A stretch of DNA of 64,000 nt from Catajapyx aquilonaris (lineage: Eukaryota), in NCBI GenBank assembly GCA_000934665.2, contig KZ538288.1:1-64000 (forward strand). The letters run 5' to 3'. Positions 51,101-64,000 of the stretch are shown piece after piece. Positions within the stretch are counted from its first letter, which is position 1. Every line of letters starts with the position of its first letter. The position numbers and the translations under genes are program-made. The notes beneath the pieces were generated by a model. That model saw only the letters and a list, made by a program, of their open reading frames with translations. It made no database searches and was not told the DNA's origin.

Positions 51101-54100
51101 CTGCGATATACGGTACGTACATATAATTCCCATATGGACCAGCCATATTTTGCAGAGGAAAATCCTCTGTTTTGTGTGTGCGTGTGTGTGTGGAAGCAGG
51201 CCCAGCAATGGAAATCGTTGGGTCTGGATGCTGAAAATCGGATTGACTGGGATGTGGCGATGAGGCCTGCGAACTATCCCAGCCCTGGGAAACATAGTAT
51301 TACAGTATCCTCAGTGGCCAGTGCGGCCGTGTACTGATCTTTTCAACGCTGGAGGGGCCAATGGGGAGAGGATTGCATGGATGCAACTATAGGCCTGATG
51401 TTGGCGACCTGTACGTGACCGGAATGCTGATGCCTCAAAAGCAACTACTGCCCATCTCTGATTACATTATACAAACTGCAGCTAACGCACCGTCTACATC
51501 TTCCATGCGAAAAAAAAAAAATCAGTTGATATTGAGACACTAATTACGAATTCAAACATATGCTGTAATTATGTGTCTCACCTCCGACGCAATGCTTCCA
51601 ATTTGGAGCACGTGTTTGTACCACGTAAATGAAAGTCAACAATGCACGACATGAATTCCGCTTCAATCTCAACAGAGTTCACGTTTCATATCAGTCACCC
51701 CCTCCAATCCCTTTATTTGCGTTTCTAACAGCCCGCCAAAATACAAACAGAACAGTTCAAATCGATTTATTTCCATTACTCCAGAGCAATGCGGATAATG
51801 CATGACGAAAGTTTTGCCAATTTAATCAGCAAGTTTCGTAGTAATAATTTGTGCCCCCAATTATCCCACTTTTTAGCAAAAAAAAATGCAAATAATTACA
51901 CCTTCATGTACTGCACAACCAAAATTTTGGGAAGCTAAATCAGGCCGCAATGGCGTCCCAATTACTACCCCCCCTTTTTTTTAAATGTATCACGCACTGC
52001 CTAGAGGGTAATAAAACCTGGTATGCTTCGTATTGTTAGTCCACTTCACCTTTATGGTTCACCAAACTTTTTGTTCCAGTGTCGCGACCTCCTCTTCCTC
52101 TATTGTTTCCTCCTGCACTTTCCGGTCATATTAGGTTATGTCTCAATCCCAAGTTGGAAATTCCGGGCCCATGAAACTTGACCTCCTCTGTACAAAAGCT
52201 GACGGTGGTTTTACCTCATCGACATCATCATTAAGCCTCTCTTTTTTTTGCGCAAAACTAGCTCGAGTTACTAGTAGGGGAAAAAAAAGTACAGTTTGGT
52301 TTCCGTCACGCTCCGTTATCCAACATGTCCGCTTATTTTCACAACTGTCACTTCCAATATCACGCTAAATGCTATTGAAAAAGGTCGGATGTATTTCCAA
52401 CGTGCGTTTGTCGTCATTCCGCCAGATAAAAGTGGCTGGAAGGTTTGCGTGTATCTTTAAAAGAAACAAAAAAAAAGGCAACAATCCGCACGAAAGCAAG
52501 GTCAATAGCATTCAACCATTGCTCAATTCATGACCGAGCTCGCAATATTAATAAATTTGCAGCACGTCATACATTGCCCTTGAAACACACAAACCCGCAT
52601 GTAACGCATCGTTGAATTTTCTTCTCGGTCAATGTAAACCGACCCCATAAACATGGGCCACTCTTTCCCTGTTACATCTCTTCAGGAGCCATATAGACAT
52701 AACCATGGAAACCCCCATGTCTTTTTCCTCTCCCTCTCTGGAAAGGCACTCCATCACGGAAGAGGATTACATTTTCGCAGGCGAGCTCTCCCGCGTAGCA
52801 AAACAAGGGACAATATTAGACTGTCTCTTCTCTCTCTCCCTTCACATCTACATTAATCAATTACCTACTGCAATTCCGAGTAATGTGTCTGACGAGTCTG
52901 GGCATCACGGGGACTGCTGGGAGGGGTGTGTGTAGCCCCCTAGAACACAATACAGTCGAGGAAACCACATCAAAAGGGACCTCTGTGCACCCGACAGATG
53001 AATCTACTTCCAGCAATGGGAGGCTGCCCTCTGGAAAATTATATGTGGCATGTCCAATGTGGTTTCGGACCCAGAGAGCCGACGGACGGGGCACGCGGTT
53101 CGCTTCCGAGCCAATCACAGTCGCAGATCTCGGTTCCAAACACCTCATGGCAGGTGTCACGGCACGTGATTGGCTGGGGCTCACTTCTAGCTCCTCCCAT
53201 TTCACCGGACAAACATCCAGCAGCGTTGATTGGCTGTGGCTCCTTCTAGCTCCTCCCATTTCACTCAACAAATATCCGGACAGATAGACTGGTAGCATTA
53301 TGGTCGCAACGGCGTCTCGACAACCTTGCACAATCAGGGGACGAGTAAACAGGCCGTTCCGGAGCAAATCCGGGGACACACTTCCAACTCCAAAGAAAAG
53401 AACTCGATTAGAGTGTTTCTGCCGGCATTTCGAGAAGCTGTCGAGCCATGTTCTCAGCAATTTCGGGGGGGACAATTTCCTCCCACAACATTCTAATCCC
53501 CGGGGCCATTTGATTCCAAGCAGACGGGGTTGTCACAGGTTCACCTTACAAGCAACACCCTGCATATTTTTAGTCAGCCAATCATTGTCGATAACCCTGT
53601 GGCGACCTCGGCCAGAAAATGCAATTAGGCCGGTAATAAGTCAAGGGTGTGCCGAAGGACGTGTAATTAATATCCTCGGCCAGGAATGTAGAGCTGGATA
53701 TGTGTGTGTATAAGCAGTTTTGCAAAGTCACACGTGTATGTTTTCGCCAATAGGCACGTGCTATGCTTACAGGTTACATGTTGTTCACACCCTGTACTCT
53801 CACCCTGCAAATTGAGCCAACTCTGCGGCCCAGTTGGCAACAATCGGCCCCCTTCCCCACCTAAAATCCATTCAGCCCTGGGCCATTTGCCATTCGCCCA
53901 TCAGTTGAGAGGGGACCACCCCCCCTCACAGCCTCTCCCAAAGCCATGACGCATGGCCAGGGCAACCCGACAACGCGCAAAAACTCTGTGTTTGTGTAAT
54001 ACTAATCCTCGGCTACTGCAAGACGACGCGTCGTTTTACAGCAGCCCATAAATCAGCCTGGTTTGAGTATGAGCTAAGGGGGTGGTCTGGATACATCAAG

Positions 54101-56009
54101 CTTGACAACCGTGCGCAATATGCTCCAAGCTGCTGACATGCAACTTGCGCCAATTTTTTTTTGTTTGCGATGTCTGCTAATTATATGAAGATAGTATGCA
54201 CCAGAATTCGAAACTTGCAGGGAACAATAATTACACAAACTTTTGAAGGAAAAAAAAAAATCGCGATGGACGTGCATAAATTTTTTTAAACACCACAGAA
54301 TCAATGTAAAGAAAATTAGAGTGTTCAGAACTTATCGGTCCAATAATCTATGCTTGGACTAGAAGCGGACTGGATGGGCAATATTCAATCCTATCACGTC
54401 TGTTGCGATTTTTTATTCAGGCAAAGTGAGGGATCGATATGCTGCACGTAGACTGTGCACTGGAGTTTCTCCACACAAATTTTCCACCAGCCCATGGCAT
54501 GATGCTCTTGTTATACTGTTGGATCTTTCAGAAAGGTTTTTTTTTTGTGAACATGTTATTAAATCAAGTGCTAATTTTAAAAGGTGTCCAGCCATGCTTG
54601 TAATACATTGTAAAAATCAGACTAGAATAACCAGAGCATTGCCTACTTCCTCATTGCTCTTCGATCATGCCAATGCCATAATCATATTAGCCCATTAAAA
54701 ATTGGCAGAATACAAGCAGGATAAGTGCAATGCAATTGCATTAAAATTTTACGACGATCGTACTGACACAGATTGTGATCGTCAATTTACTCTCGCCAGA
54801 ATTACAACGTACGTTGGGGTTTTTTTTTACATGCAGAAATATGTGTTGCAAAATTTATTGCAATATATATTTTTATCGGATTACGGACTCAAAAACCTTG
54901 GTCCTCTCCCCAGAAAATGTCAACAACAAGTTGTATGATACTTTCTCTAGTAGAAATTTTCTCAAATATAAATAGTTTCGGTGGATTGTTTTTCTCCACA
55001 TTTGCTCACACATTCCCAAAATCCAAAACGTCGCCCTTGCCCTTATCTCCCCGTATATCATTGCCTTAATTGCCTCGGCTCCCCTAATAAATCAAACCAA
55101 TCGCATGTGCAATTGAAGCAGTTGAGGCCCATTGTGCGAAGATTCCAGCAGCACAGCAATTTTTTTCCCCCTCCTCTTGCACAACAAGTTTTCTGACTTC
55201 TTGACAAATTAGTATCGCCTTAACCACATTGATAGCCCATAATTCATTGCAGGACAGTATTTAAGGAACTCTTGAACCAAGTGATCAAGTAAAACGTTTA
55301 AGAGCAAAAATTAATATAAAAGAAAATGCACAAGAATGTGGCAGAAACATAAAACGTTATTCTGTGTTTTTACAAAAAAAATGTGCAAATTTCCTGATTG
55401 GACTATCAGTGTCAATTGTGCCAGTTTTTGGTGATTGTTGGTGATCACGAATGATTAGTTGACTACATCGGTAAATGATTTTAATATCATTATGAAAATT
55501 ACTGAATATGAATTAGTACAATTTTCCCTCAATTTACATGACCAACATAAAATTGGCCATATCACTGGTCACTTCTGATCTTGTTATTTACAGTGTTATT
55601 TATTTACATTATTGTATTGTATTACGGGGCTTTGTGGACGTGCAAGCACCTTTGGTTAATTATCTACACTGCTCAATTATGTCACATTTATGTGAGCCAA
55701 ATATTAAACTTAAATTTAGTGAATTGGTTCTCTTACATCATTATATTGCTTGTTTTGTTTGTTTGTTTGTTTGTATGCTCGTATTTGTGAAATATTATTG
55801 AGTTGTACACTTGTACATGAGCATTGTATACCTCTGTGCAGTACATTCAATCTCATCTCCATACCCACCTTACCACACCTCCAAACCTGACCTGTAAACA
55901 TCTTTTATTTACCTTTATGAAGCATCGCCCTGTCCTCCGTTCCTCCTGGTCTCTTTCCACCCCCAAAAACCACACTTCACCGTTTCCCCACACAGGAAAA
56001 TATCACCAC

Positions 56010-56630
56010 ACACGCACCGCACCCTTGTCTCCTTCTCCTCGTCCTCCTCCTCCTCCGTCGCCTGAGGGGCTAATCCTCCCAAAGAAATGCGAACAACCTC
56101 AGGGGGTTTTGTCCTCTTCTCAGGCCGCCGCCATCTTTGCTCACCCCTCCCTCCACACCCTCCCTCACTTGCTGTTCGAAAACACTTATTCTTTTCCTCT
56201 CTCTCTCTCTTTTTTTTCTTTCCAAAAGTCCCGCCGGTCCAGGGGCGGCCCAGGGTTCCGGTCGTATCCCACCAGTCACCGGAATTTTAAAAAGAAAAGA
56301 AAAACCTGAGAGGCGGCTAACCAAGTCAGCGGAATTCCTTTTCCCGCCCGATCACTGCACTCTGAAGCCGCCTCTCTCTCTGGGTCTGGCCGAGCTGCCA
56401 CTATGCCTACTCCCCGATCCGATGGCGTAGTGCATTCTGGGAGAGGAGGACTTCGCCCCCTCTCCCGGTCAAAACCCCCCTCTTCCCCTTAACCCTCCTC
56501 CTCCTCCTCCCTTCATTCCCCACCAGCCCCACCGGCACCTGCCCTCCCCCACTCCTTTCCTCATGTGGATGGGGAAAGGTTCGGTGGATTTCAACGCCAT
56601 TTTGGAGCAACCGGTTGGCGGCCTGTTAGA
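56010..56630 (-). promoter_or_regulatory. GC-rich candidate promoter or first-exon region
   Basis: Locally GC- and CpG-rich, with YY1-type motifs (CCGCCATCTT ~56128, CGCCATTTT ~56595) and a GC-box-like GGGGCGG ~56242. Several minus-strand donors are present (GCG|gtgcgt ~56017, GGG|gtgagc ~56145). Confidence 0.4.
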
Positions 56631-56649
56631 ATCATAGGTTAGAATGAAG

Positions 56650-57110
56650 CTGTTGGCATTTGTGAGCATGTTCGCAGCCGGACACTGTTGGCTTCCTGAG
56701 CAGGTTGGAAGCATGTTCCTGTTGGCGTCATGAGCATGTTCCTGTTGGCGTCATGAGCATGTTCCTGTTGGCGTCATGAGCCTGTTACTGTTGGCGTCAT
56801 GAGTAGGTTGGCTGCCTGTTACTGTTGGCATCCTGAGCAGGTTGGAAGCATGTTCCTGTTGGCGTCATGAGCATGTTCCTGTTGGCGTCATGAGCCTGTT
56901 ACTGTTGGCGTCGTGAGTAGGTTGGCTGCCTGTTACTGTTGGCATCCTGAGCAGGTTGGAAACATGTTCCTGTTGGCGTCATGAGCCTGTTACTGTTGGC
57001 GTCAATGCGTCATGAGTAGGTTGGCTGCCTGTTACTGTTGGCTTCATGAGCATGAAGGCTGCATGTTGGCATCCTGAGCAGGTTGGTAGCCTGACACTGT
57101 TGGCATCTTG
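56650..57110. repeat. Minisatellite of interspersed 23-bp and 34-bp units
   Basis: Units ctgttggcgtcatgagcatgttc and ctgttggcatcctgagcaggttggaagcatgttc, with variants, in a higher-order arrangement. Confidence 0.92.
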
Positions 57111-60100
57111 AAAAGAGGGAAATGGCATGTTGAGGAGGGGGGGTGAATGACCTTTGAATAACCCGAAAGGTCACGGGTCCAAGGTCGAATCCGGGTCTGC
57201 CTAAAAGCATAGGCCACTAGAGAAACCATGTAGATTTGTGCGGGTTTATTCGAAGATCTTTTGCATGATGCAGGCTCATATCAAGTACGCGTAGTAGTTG
57301 GCATATTAGTACCGCGGTAACTAACAAGTAAGTAAGTAGTAATTACGAACTTGTTGCCCTCTTTACAACAATTATTTTTTGAGGAAAATCCACTGCAATG
57401 AGTACAGACTTTTCCCCCCAAAAAATGATACGAGTATACTCTGCATACACATGTCGTTTTTCTGTAAGCTGACCCAACAATCAGTGTGTACTTCATAATA
57501 AGGCACACATTATGTACTTTGCATACTATAAATAACATACACATACATAATATGCACGTGAACAATATGGAAAGTTGCATAGACCGCCATTTCGACGCGT
57601 CTCTAACCGATATACAAAAGGGCTTCCCATTCATTCCAATCAAAACTTGCTCGAACATGGCGCCGCCTCCGCATCCTCTATCGTCCCCTTTTTGATATGC
57701 CTGTAGGGCCAATAGCCTTTTACAGAGCTGGCAAAAAAAAGTGGTGGTGGACGGGGGGTGGAGGAGGGCTGCCATGCTCCATTGGGTACAGATACGGCAA
57801 AATAATTATCCCAACAAAACAGCTGTGATTTTAGTTGATAACCACGCCCACTAGGGTCGCCGCTATCTCGCCACCACACAACATAACACAAGCGGCCATG
57901 TTTGCGACTCTTGACACGCGGCGTCAAACAAAAACAACGTTTCGATTTCCATTTACACCACGGGGCCATTACTAGAGTGGACTCTATTAATAGATACGGG
58001 CACGCTCTAGGGCTAGGCCTAGTTTCATTCATTGCGCCCCTGGCACCCCCGCCTCTTTTGGATGCTTTTTCCCTCAGAGCCTAGGCACAAACTGCGCTCA
58101 CCATTATTGATCCGGGGGACTCCCGTAACGTGCGTTTGGCTAGTCCCAATGAACTATTTCCTTGCTCTCGATTTATGCACCTTCCCTTTCCTTCAGGGGG
58201 ATGTGTCACATCTATGAATTTGTGGAGAGGACAAAAATCTGAATGCCTTTTGTGGTGGCGATAATGATCACTTCATGAACTGGAAAATATTATACTATGT
58301 GAGAGAACATATCAATTAATTTAAAAAAATTAATATTAATACTGAGAATGACGCATGGAAAATTGAAAAATGCAGAACACTTCGGTAATATTATTTTGAG
58401 TCATCATTGGCTCACAGTAGTTCTTGTCTCGTATTATGTTTCTTGCTAAGTAATTACGGATAAAATCACTGCAGAACTTCATTTAAAAACCTTTGAAGGG
58501 ATCATGCAAGTCTCAGATTTCTCTAGCTCTAACCTTACTCTAAAAGTCTCTAAATGCGTAAATTCAAAACAAGTTCCTGAGAGCTCCTTGAAATTCACTG
58601 TTTCAGACATAGTTTCCAACAATAATTTTCCACAAGGTTTCACCATAATGTTCGGGGTTTACTATATATAGATTACACAACTCATCATAAACTCCATGCA
58701 GCATTTCAGATTTCCGCATTTTTTGCCCTATACAGTCCCGCATAAGTGCGCCTCCCGTTTTCCAGTTTTGCAATATTTATTTTACGGTCTGATGATTCCA
58801 TATAGGCACTGTAACTTTTCGTGAAGGCCACAACTATATAGTTAGTAATTCTTCCGGTTTGTTTGTTTTTTAACTTGAGCAGTTTATTGGAATAAATATA
58901 TCTCGCCGGCTTTAGGCGCATGTATACAGTATGTGCTACATTTTAATGCAATATTCACGAACGAATTAACTTCTTAGTTTATCCGCAGTATACAGTACAG
59001 TCCGTCATAATTATATGCTATCCGTAAGCTACCTATATAGATGCTGCTCCGTACTGAACATATATTTCCATAATGTATAACAAAACCATTGCATTGCCTT
59101 ACTAACATTTTGTGCTTTAGGCCATTACATTATCTTTCACTCAACTTCAGCAGTTCGGAAAAGTACCTGCTGTAACTCTTAAAATGTTAAAGGTTCCACT
59201 GCACGTTGACATGTTGGGTCAACTTTCACGATGTTGTTTACTGTCGATCTATTTCAGGAGCCTGTAAGTGAACACGCAATTACACCCACACGTTTCAGAA
59301 AAAAACATTCAATAAATTTCGACCGACACAGCATCTTCCAGAGTTATCGTGAAAAAAAAGACTCAAAGAAGTTGAAAAGTTCTGGACATCTTCCTCCCTA
59401 TTTTTGACCACATCTCGTCCATATTTCGAACGGAAAAACAGCTTTCTAAATCCTCCTTGACAGCTCTCCTTGTCCCTAGGTCCGGTCGTGACCTCTATTC
59501 CCATTCGTCTCGTCCCCTTCATGAAAAAGCGCTTAAAAAGTTTGCATGATAGTCCATAAAGAAAATGGCCGCTCACTAAAAAAGTCCATGTCTATAAATT
59601 TGAGGCCAAATTTTTGTCGAGTCTCACTATAGTAGCCTAATTCACACTAAAACATTTTTGATGCACTATCTGATACTTGTTTGGAAAAACACACATATCG
59701 TACTACACTGTAATTAATGTACCGATTCATGTACCAACTCGGAGATGGTATATTATTTGACCATCAAAATATTCCGTTCAGATGTCCTAACTTGCAACTG
59801 GTAATGTATCACGTAAACATTCCTATGTATGGGTTATTTCAATCATCAAATTGCAGCTTTCAGGTAAATTAAAATAAACTCATTCGGATGGAAAGTATGT
59901 GACAAAATATTTAATTACCCGCACCGGTATTTCATTAATGTTGTACTGTACTGTTTCGAGTGATTAAAATTCTGGTCCAAAAATTTCGCCCTCTCCAAAA
60001 AAATTTCAACTACCGTACTTATATTCGTCGCTATTTCCTAGCTCCTTCGCAGCTTCCATTGTTGCAATCCCATTACATGCCAGGATGTGCAGCAATGAAT

Positions 60101-62825
60101 AGACTATTATCAGCGCCATCAACCTCATTTCATCCGCAAGTACCAACATTACTCAGCGAATGCAAACATTACCAGGAAGACTTTTTTTGTCTTTTTTTTT
60201 GGGGGGGGGGGGCACCCCCCCCCGGCTCATTACAANCTCTTTTTTTTCTCTTTTTTTCTAGAGACCATATATACCCCCACGACAGATGCCTCACTTCTGT
60301 AGCTTTTTTTGTGTGTGTGCTCCTATGGTCTTTTTCTGGAGCAATATTGTCGACAGTTCGTTTTGTCTTGAGCCTGAAAACAAAATGCTGGAACGACAGG
60401 AATTCGCACTCTCATTGACAGACACTACAAACTTATTAGTGGAATGTGCAATTAATAATGACATTCCCCACTTCACCACATGACCCCAGACATTTCTATG
60501 CAAGCACTAATAGAAGAAGAAAAATCTTTTCTGGCAGGCCTGACTTTTGATTTCTGCAATTTGTGCAATTAGCCTAATTGCACAAATTGCACAAATCAAA
60601 GTGAAACCGGTGCCAAAATTTGGTACGACAGTGACAATCAAACAATCATTTTTAATGAAGTGTCCCGCCGATTTACCACGTAGTATGGTTCTTCACGCAT
60701 AGATGGCGCACACTCCATCTGCATACTCCTGCCACCTTCAGGTCGTGCGACAGAGAGCAATACTATCAGGACGGACAAACATCCCACGGAGAGAATAAGC
60801 CTATTAGAAGAAAGATAACAAACATAATTAACCAACCTGAACTGATTGCGACATTAATATTTTGGGTCATGTAATCGACCTTAACCTATTCACATGTAAG
60901 TCAATATTATCATATATGTATTAAACACACCAAAATCTATAGTGTTTGCACAGTCCATTCAAGCTATATGAATGGGAATCAGCAGGTTTGCACGCGAGCT
61001 GCAACCACACCTGAGGGGGTGTAAGATGACATAGTCGATAAGTGCAAATCTCCTGGAAATATAGTTCATTAATGAGACATAACCGTGGACGTTTACTACT
61101 TGCCGAGCCACGGTTTTATGGCAAATAATTGGGGAGGGAGCTTTTAAGTCTAATCAATTAATAAAATTGGTGCGGCCCCCCGCCAAGTGTTTCTTTCCTT
61201 GAATCTACAGTTTAGGGAAGGGCAATTTTCTTTTTAAAGGTTGCATAAGGAGGGCCATATCTAAAGCCCAAACCAGTGATTTTGGGGAGTGTTCTCTATT
61301 GATTTTTTTTAGCCGCCCTGAAGGTTGAGGCCAGTCCCACCGGATTCATTTCACACAGGAATGGACACAAAACATGGGCAAATTCTGCAAAAGAAAAAAA
61401 CCCCGAGGCTATATTATAGAAGGGAAGATTAGGGAAGAGCGTTCACTTCAAAAAGCCCCCCTGGGAATTATTATTTTTAAGCACGAAACTCTGACACAGT
61501 TTGATTGAGAAATGGTTCGAATCAATAGCAACACCACTTAGATATTGTGACAGTTACTGGAAAGCTTCATATATCAAATCCCTGGAAAAAGGGCGCAGAA
61601 AATGATCCAATTTTAGCTCCAAGTGTTGAAGTATTATTGGCGTCTGGACGTTTCAGTTCGATTACACACTTACACCATTTTTTTTACTATTGTTTTTTGT
61701 AGAGGATTCCAGTAAATCAGTGACATTGATAAGAAACTTTGCTCTTTCTTTTCCCTCCCCTCCCAACCTCTAGTATATGTTATCCTATAAAGTCGATGGT
61801 GCCAAGCACCACGTTGCTTTTTCGTCTCATGTTCCTCATGCTTTTCGTGGAGGTGGCCGGCCACATAAATCATCTCCCCCCCAACCCCAAAATCGATTGA
61901 CAGGTCCTTAAAGTTACTCAGAGTACGATAGGCGCCTGTGAAGAGCTGCCCTCCTTCAAAGTTCCAGCGAGAGATGAAAAAAAAAGTGTAAATAGTACCG
62001 TTGCCATCTTGTCGAATTAAGACGTTCAACAAAATGGCGGTAAGGCGGCCATGTGGAAAGAATTTCATCTAAACTGTCATGTGGTGTAGAGACAGGATTC
62101 CCTGTCCTTTTAGGGCCATTCATGTGCAGTGAATCGAGCCGGTTCTATTATCTTGGGATGAGGGTGAGGGGGAAGTCCCCTTTATATAGAAACATGGGCA
62201 AATATCACTTTATCGAATGATCGGGGCATGAACAAGGCAGCTTACTTATTGCTTTTTTTATGATAGCGAGGTTTAATTTGTTAGAAAGGAAGCGAGTGCA
62301 TACAGTACTGTGCCGATGGTAAAATCCAACCGTCATCTGTGGGCAAGTTTGCAAACAAGTCGAGTAACATGCACCATCTCGTGTATTTGCATAGAACCGA
62401 CGGACATACAGTAGCCTACTGTGTATGGCACGCACCTGACTTATCAAGCAAAAAAAAAAAGACACGAACAATTTCTATAATGGGAATGACGTCATGTCAA
62501 ATTGATGTGACCTAGAATTGGACAGATTTTCCTCTCAAAATGTAGGGCAGATGTGTCACAACAATTAGCACGCCTGCTGAGTGCTTACCTAATAGCCTTC
62601 ACATGTACTGACTCCTCTCCGTGACCTCCATAAGCATGAATGGTATGTACAACATGTGTCACATGTCATTGGAAATGGAGGAACTCTCTATGGTGCATGG
62701 TGTCGTAGTAAATTACTGTATAATGAGGCATTAATTACTTATCAGCATCAGTTATCACTATTACCAGCTCTTGCTATTACAAAAGATCACAATGCATGTC
62801 ATTACATTTAAATAGAGGAGCAATA

Positions 62826-63102
62826 CCGAAGCAGGTTGGTGTAGGGTGTAGGGGATAAGGAGCCCGCCTGCTAATCGGGAGGTCCTGGGTTCGAATCCCG
62901 CGGCCGGCGACCCGGACCATGGTTTTCTGTGGTTTCCCATGGTCCCCTCCAGGAGATTTCCGGAGTTGTTTCCTAAACTAATAGGCCACAGCCGCTTCCT
63001 TCCTTCCCTATCCCTGGTCCCATCCAATGGTGGTAATCCACCCTCCTAAGGGAGCCAAAGGCTCTAGCACGGGGTATGAAATAAATAAATAGAATAAATA
63101 AG
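62826..63102 (+). mobile_element. Full-length tRNA-derived SINE with a Nin/Deu-like central domain
   Basis: A-box-like TGGTGTAGGG, B-box GGTTCGAATCC (62888-62898), body GGTTTTCTGTGGTTTCCC...TAGGCCACAGCCGCTTCCTTCC and an (AAAT)n tail. A 13-bp TSD TAGAGGAGCAATA flanks it at 62813-62825 and 63103-63115. The domain assignment is from recalled similarity. Confidence 0.88.
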
Positions 63103-64000
63103 TAGAGGAGCAATAATGGAGCAATGAAGATATAAAATATGCAAATAATATTGAAGCAGCTCAGCATTAATTATTATTGGCAAGATATTATGCAAGTCAG
63201 GAGTAATTCGCTTTATGCAATAAATTATTCGTGTAAGTTTACAGAATTGTAAACCTTCCATATTACTTCTCCCATGAAAATTGAATGCAACTGGAGTAAA
63301 ATAATTACATAAATATCTACTTAACATTACACACTGTGTAAATAAAGGTAAATATCATTTAAAGTTTTGCACTATTTTTTAATCTTAAAAAGTGGAAGTT
63401 TTTCTGCACTCCTAGAGAGGTTAGGAAGACCATTACGAAGCGCGTTAATAATATTTGCCACTACATTTCATATGGGTAGCAATTATAATTAGGGCTTACC
63501 TTTAGGCCATTTGAAAGCAAAGGTATAATATTTAAATTTTAGCCAATTAGACTGTAGCAATGTGTGAAAAAAGTAGGCAATGACAACTAATTGCCCCGCA
63601 ATACTAAGGCCATATTGTGCAGTAACCCATCAATATTTCACTCTATTGGGTGTGGTCAGCTAGTTTTACACTTCGTCCTGATTATTTTTTTAAAGCCACA
63701 ATGATTCTCTTTTCATAGGTTTTTGGAAAGTAATTTTGTTGCACTCTGACCACTTTTTGCTCATTACAGCACAAATCACACGAGTTAAATAAAAGGAAAC
63801 CAGTAATCATTTGTTCATTGCACATGTTATGCAATAAAGACCTGGATTTTGGAGGGCACAGCATTGACATACAATCATACATGCAAGTTTTTTTTGGTAT
63901 GGTATGTAATTGTGAGATTTGGACCAGATTATGCCACTGATGAGAGTTCTTGTTTTGTTTCAATGGCAACAATATTATTGATCAACAATAAAAAAACAAT

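Noticed and set aside
52885..52920. Hammerhead core candidates (CTGANGA here and at ~24024, ~31214, ~63937)
   Set aside because: None has stem II followed by GAAA and a matching stem III.
52861..53475. Longest ORF in the track (204 aa) and other 100-180 aa ORFs
   Set aside because: No recognisable domains or codon bias; they overlap ORFs in other frames and repeats, consistent with chance.
56650..57110. CRISPR-like array
   Set aside because: Units are contiguous variants with no unique spacers, there are no cas genes, and the context is eukaryotic.
57140..57200. Hairpin tgaccttt...aaaggtca plus B-box-like ggtcgaatcc
   Set aside because: Too degenerate to call a tRNA or SINE head.
62826..62905. 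tRNA gene
   Set aside because: No proper acceptor stem; it continues into a SINE body with a tail and TSD.

Overview
Eukaryotic, invertebrate-animal-like genomic DNA that is almost entirely intronic or intergenic. No long ORF in the supplied track looks real, and I found no prokaryotic features or CRISPR arrays. Splice signals on the minus strand reveal the 5' part of one large gene. It has three small phase-2 coding exons (9708-9739, 8324-8395, 2633-2674). Joining the first directly to the third gives MASSQLVDSCLRLLQDKGNDMPQYT, which matches my recollection of the N-terminal motif of human delta-catenin/CTNND2 (ELVDSCIRSLQESG); the gene continues off the left edge. Upstream lie >35 kb of intron. 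It contains a recursive-splicing-like AG|GT site with its own 34-nt exon (34376-34409), which ends in ATG-TG and is productive only with the 72-nt exon, and two candidate promoters (~48.0 kb and ~56.3 kb). The rest is a patchwork of short non-autonomous transposons: Tc1/pogo-, Sola-, P-, piggyBac- and Helentron-type elements, including nested insertions, plus a full-length tRNA-derived SINE with TSDs. There is also a minisatellite and many poly-G/C tracts. All calls were made by eye; no searches were run.
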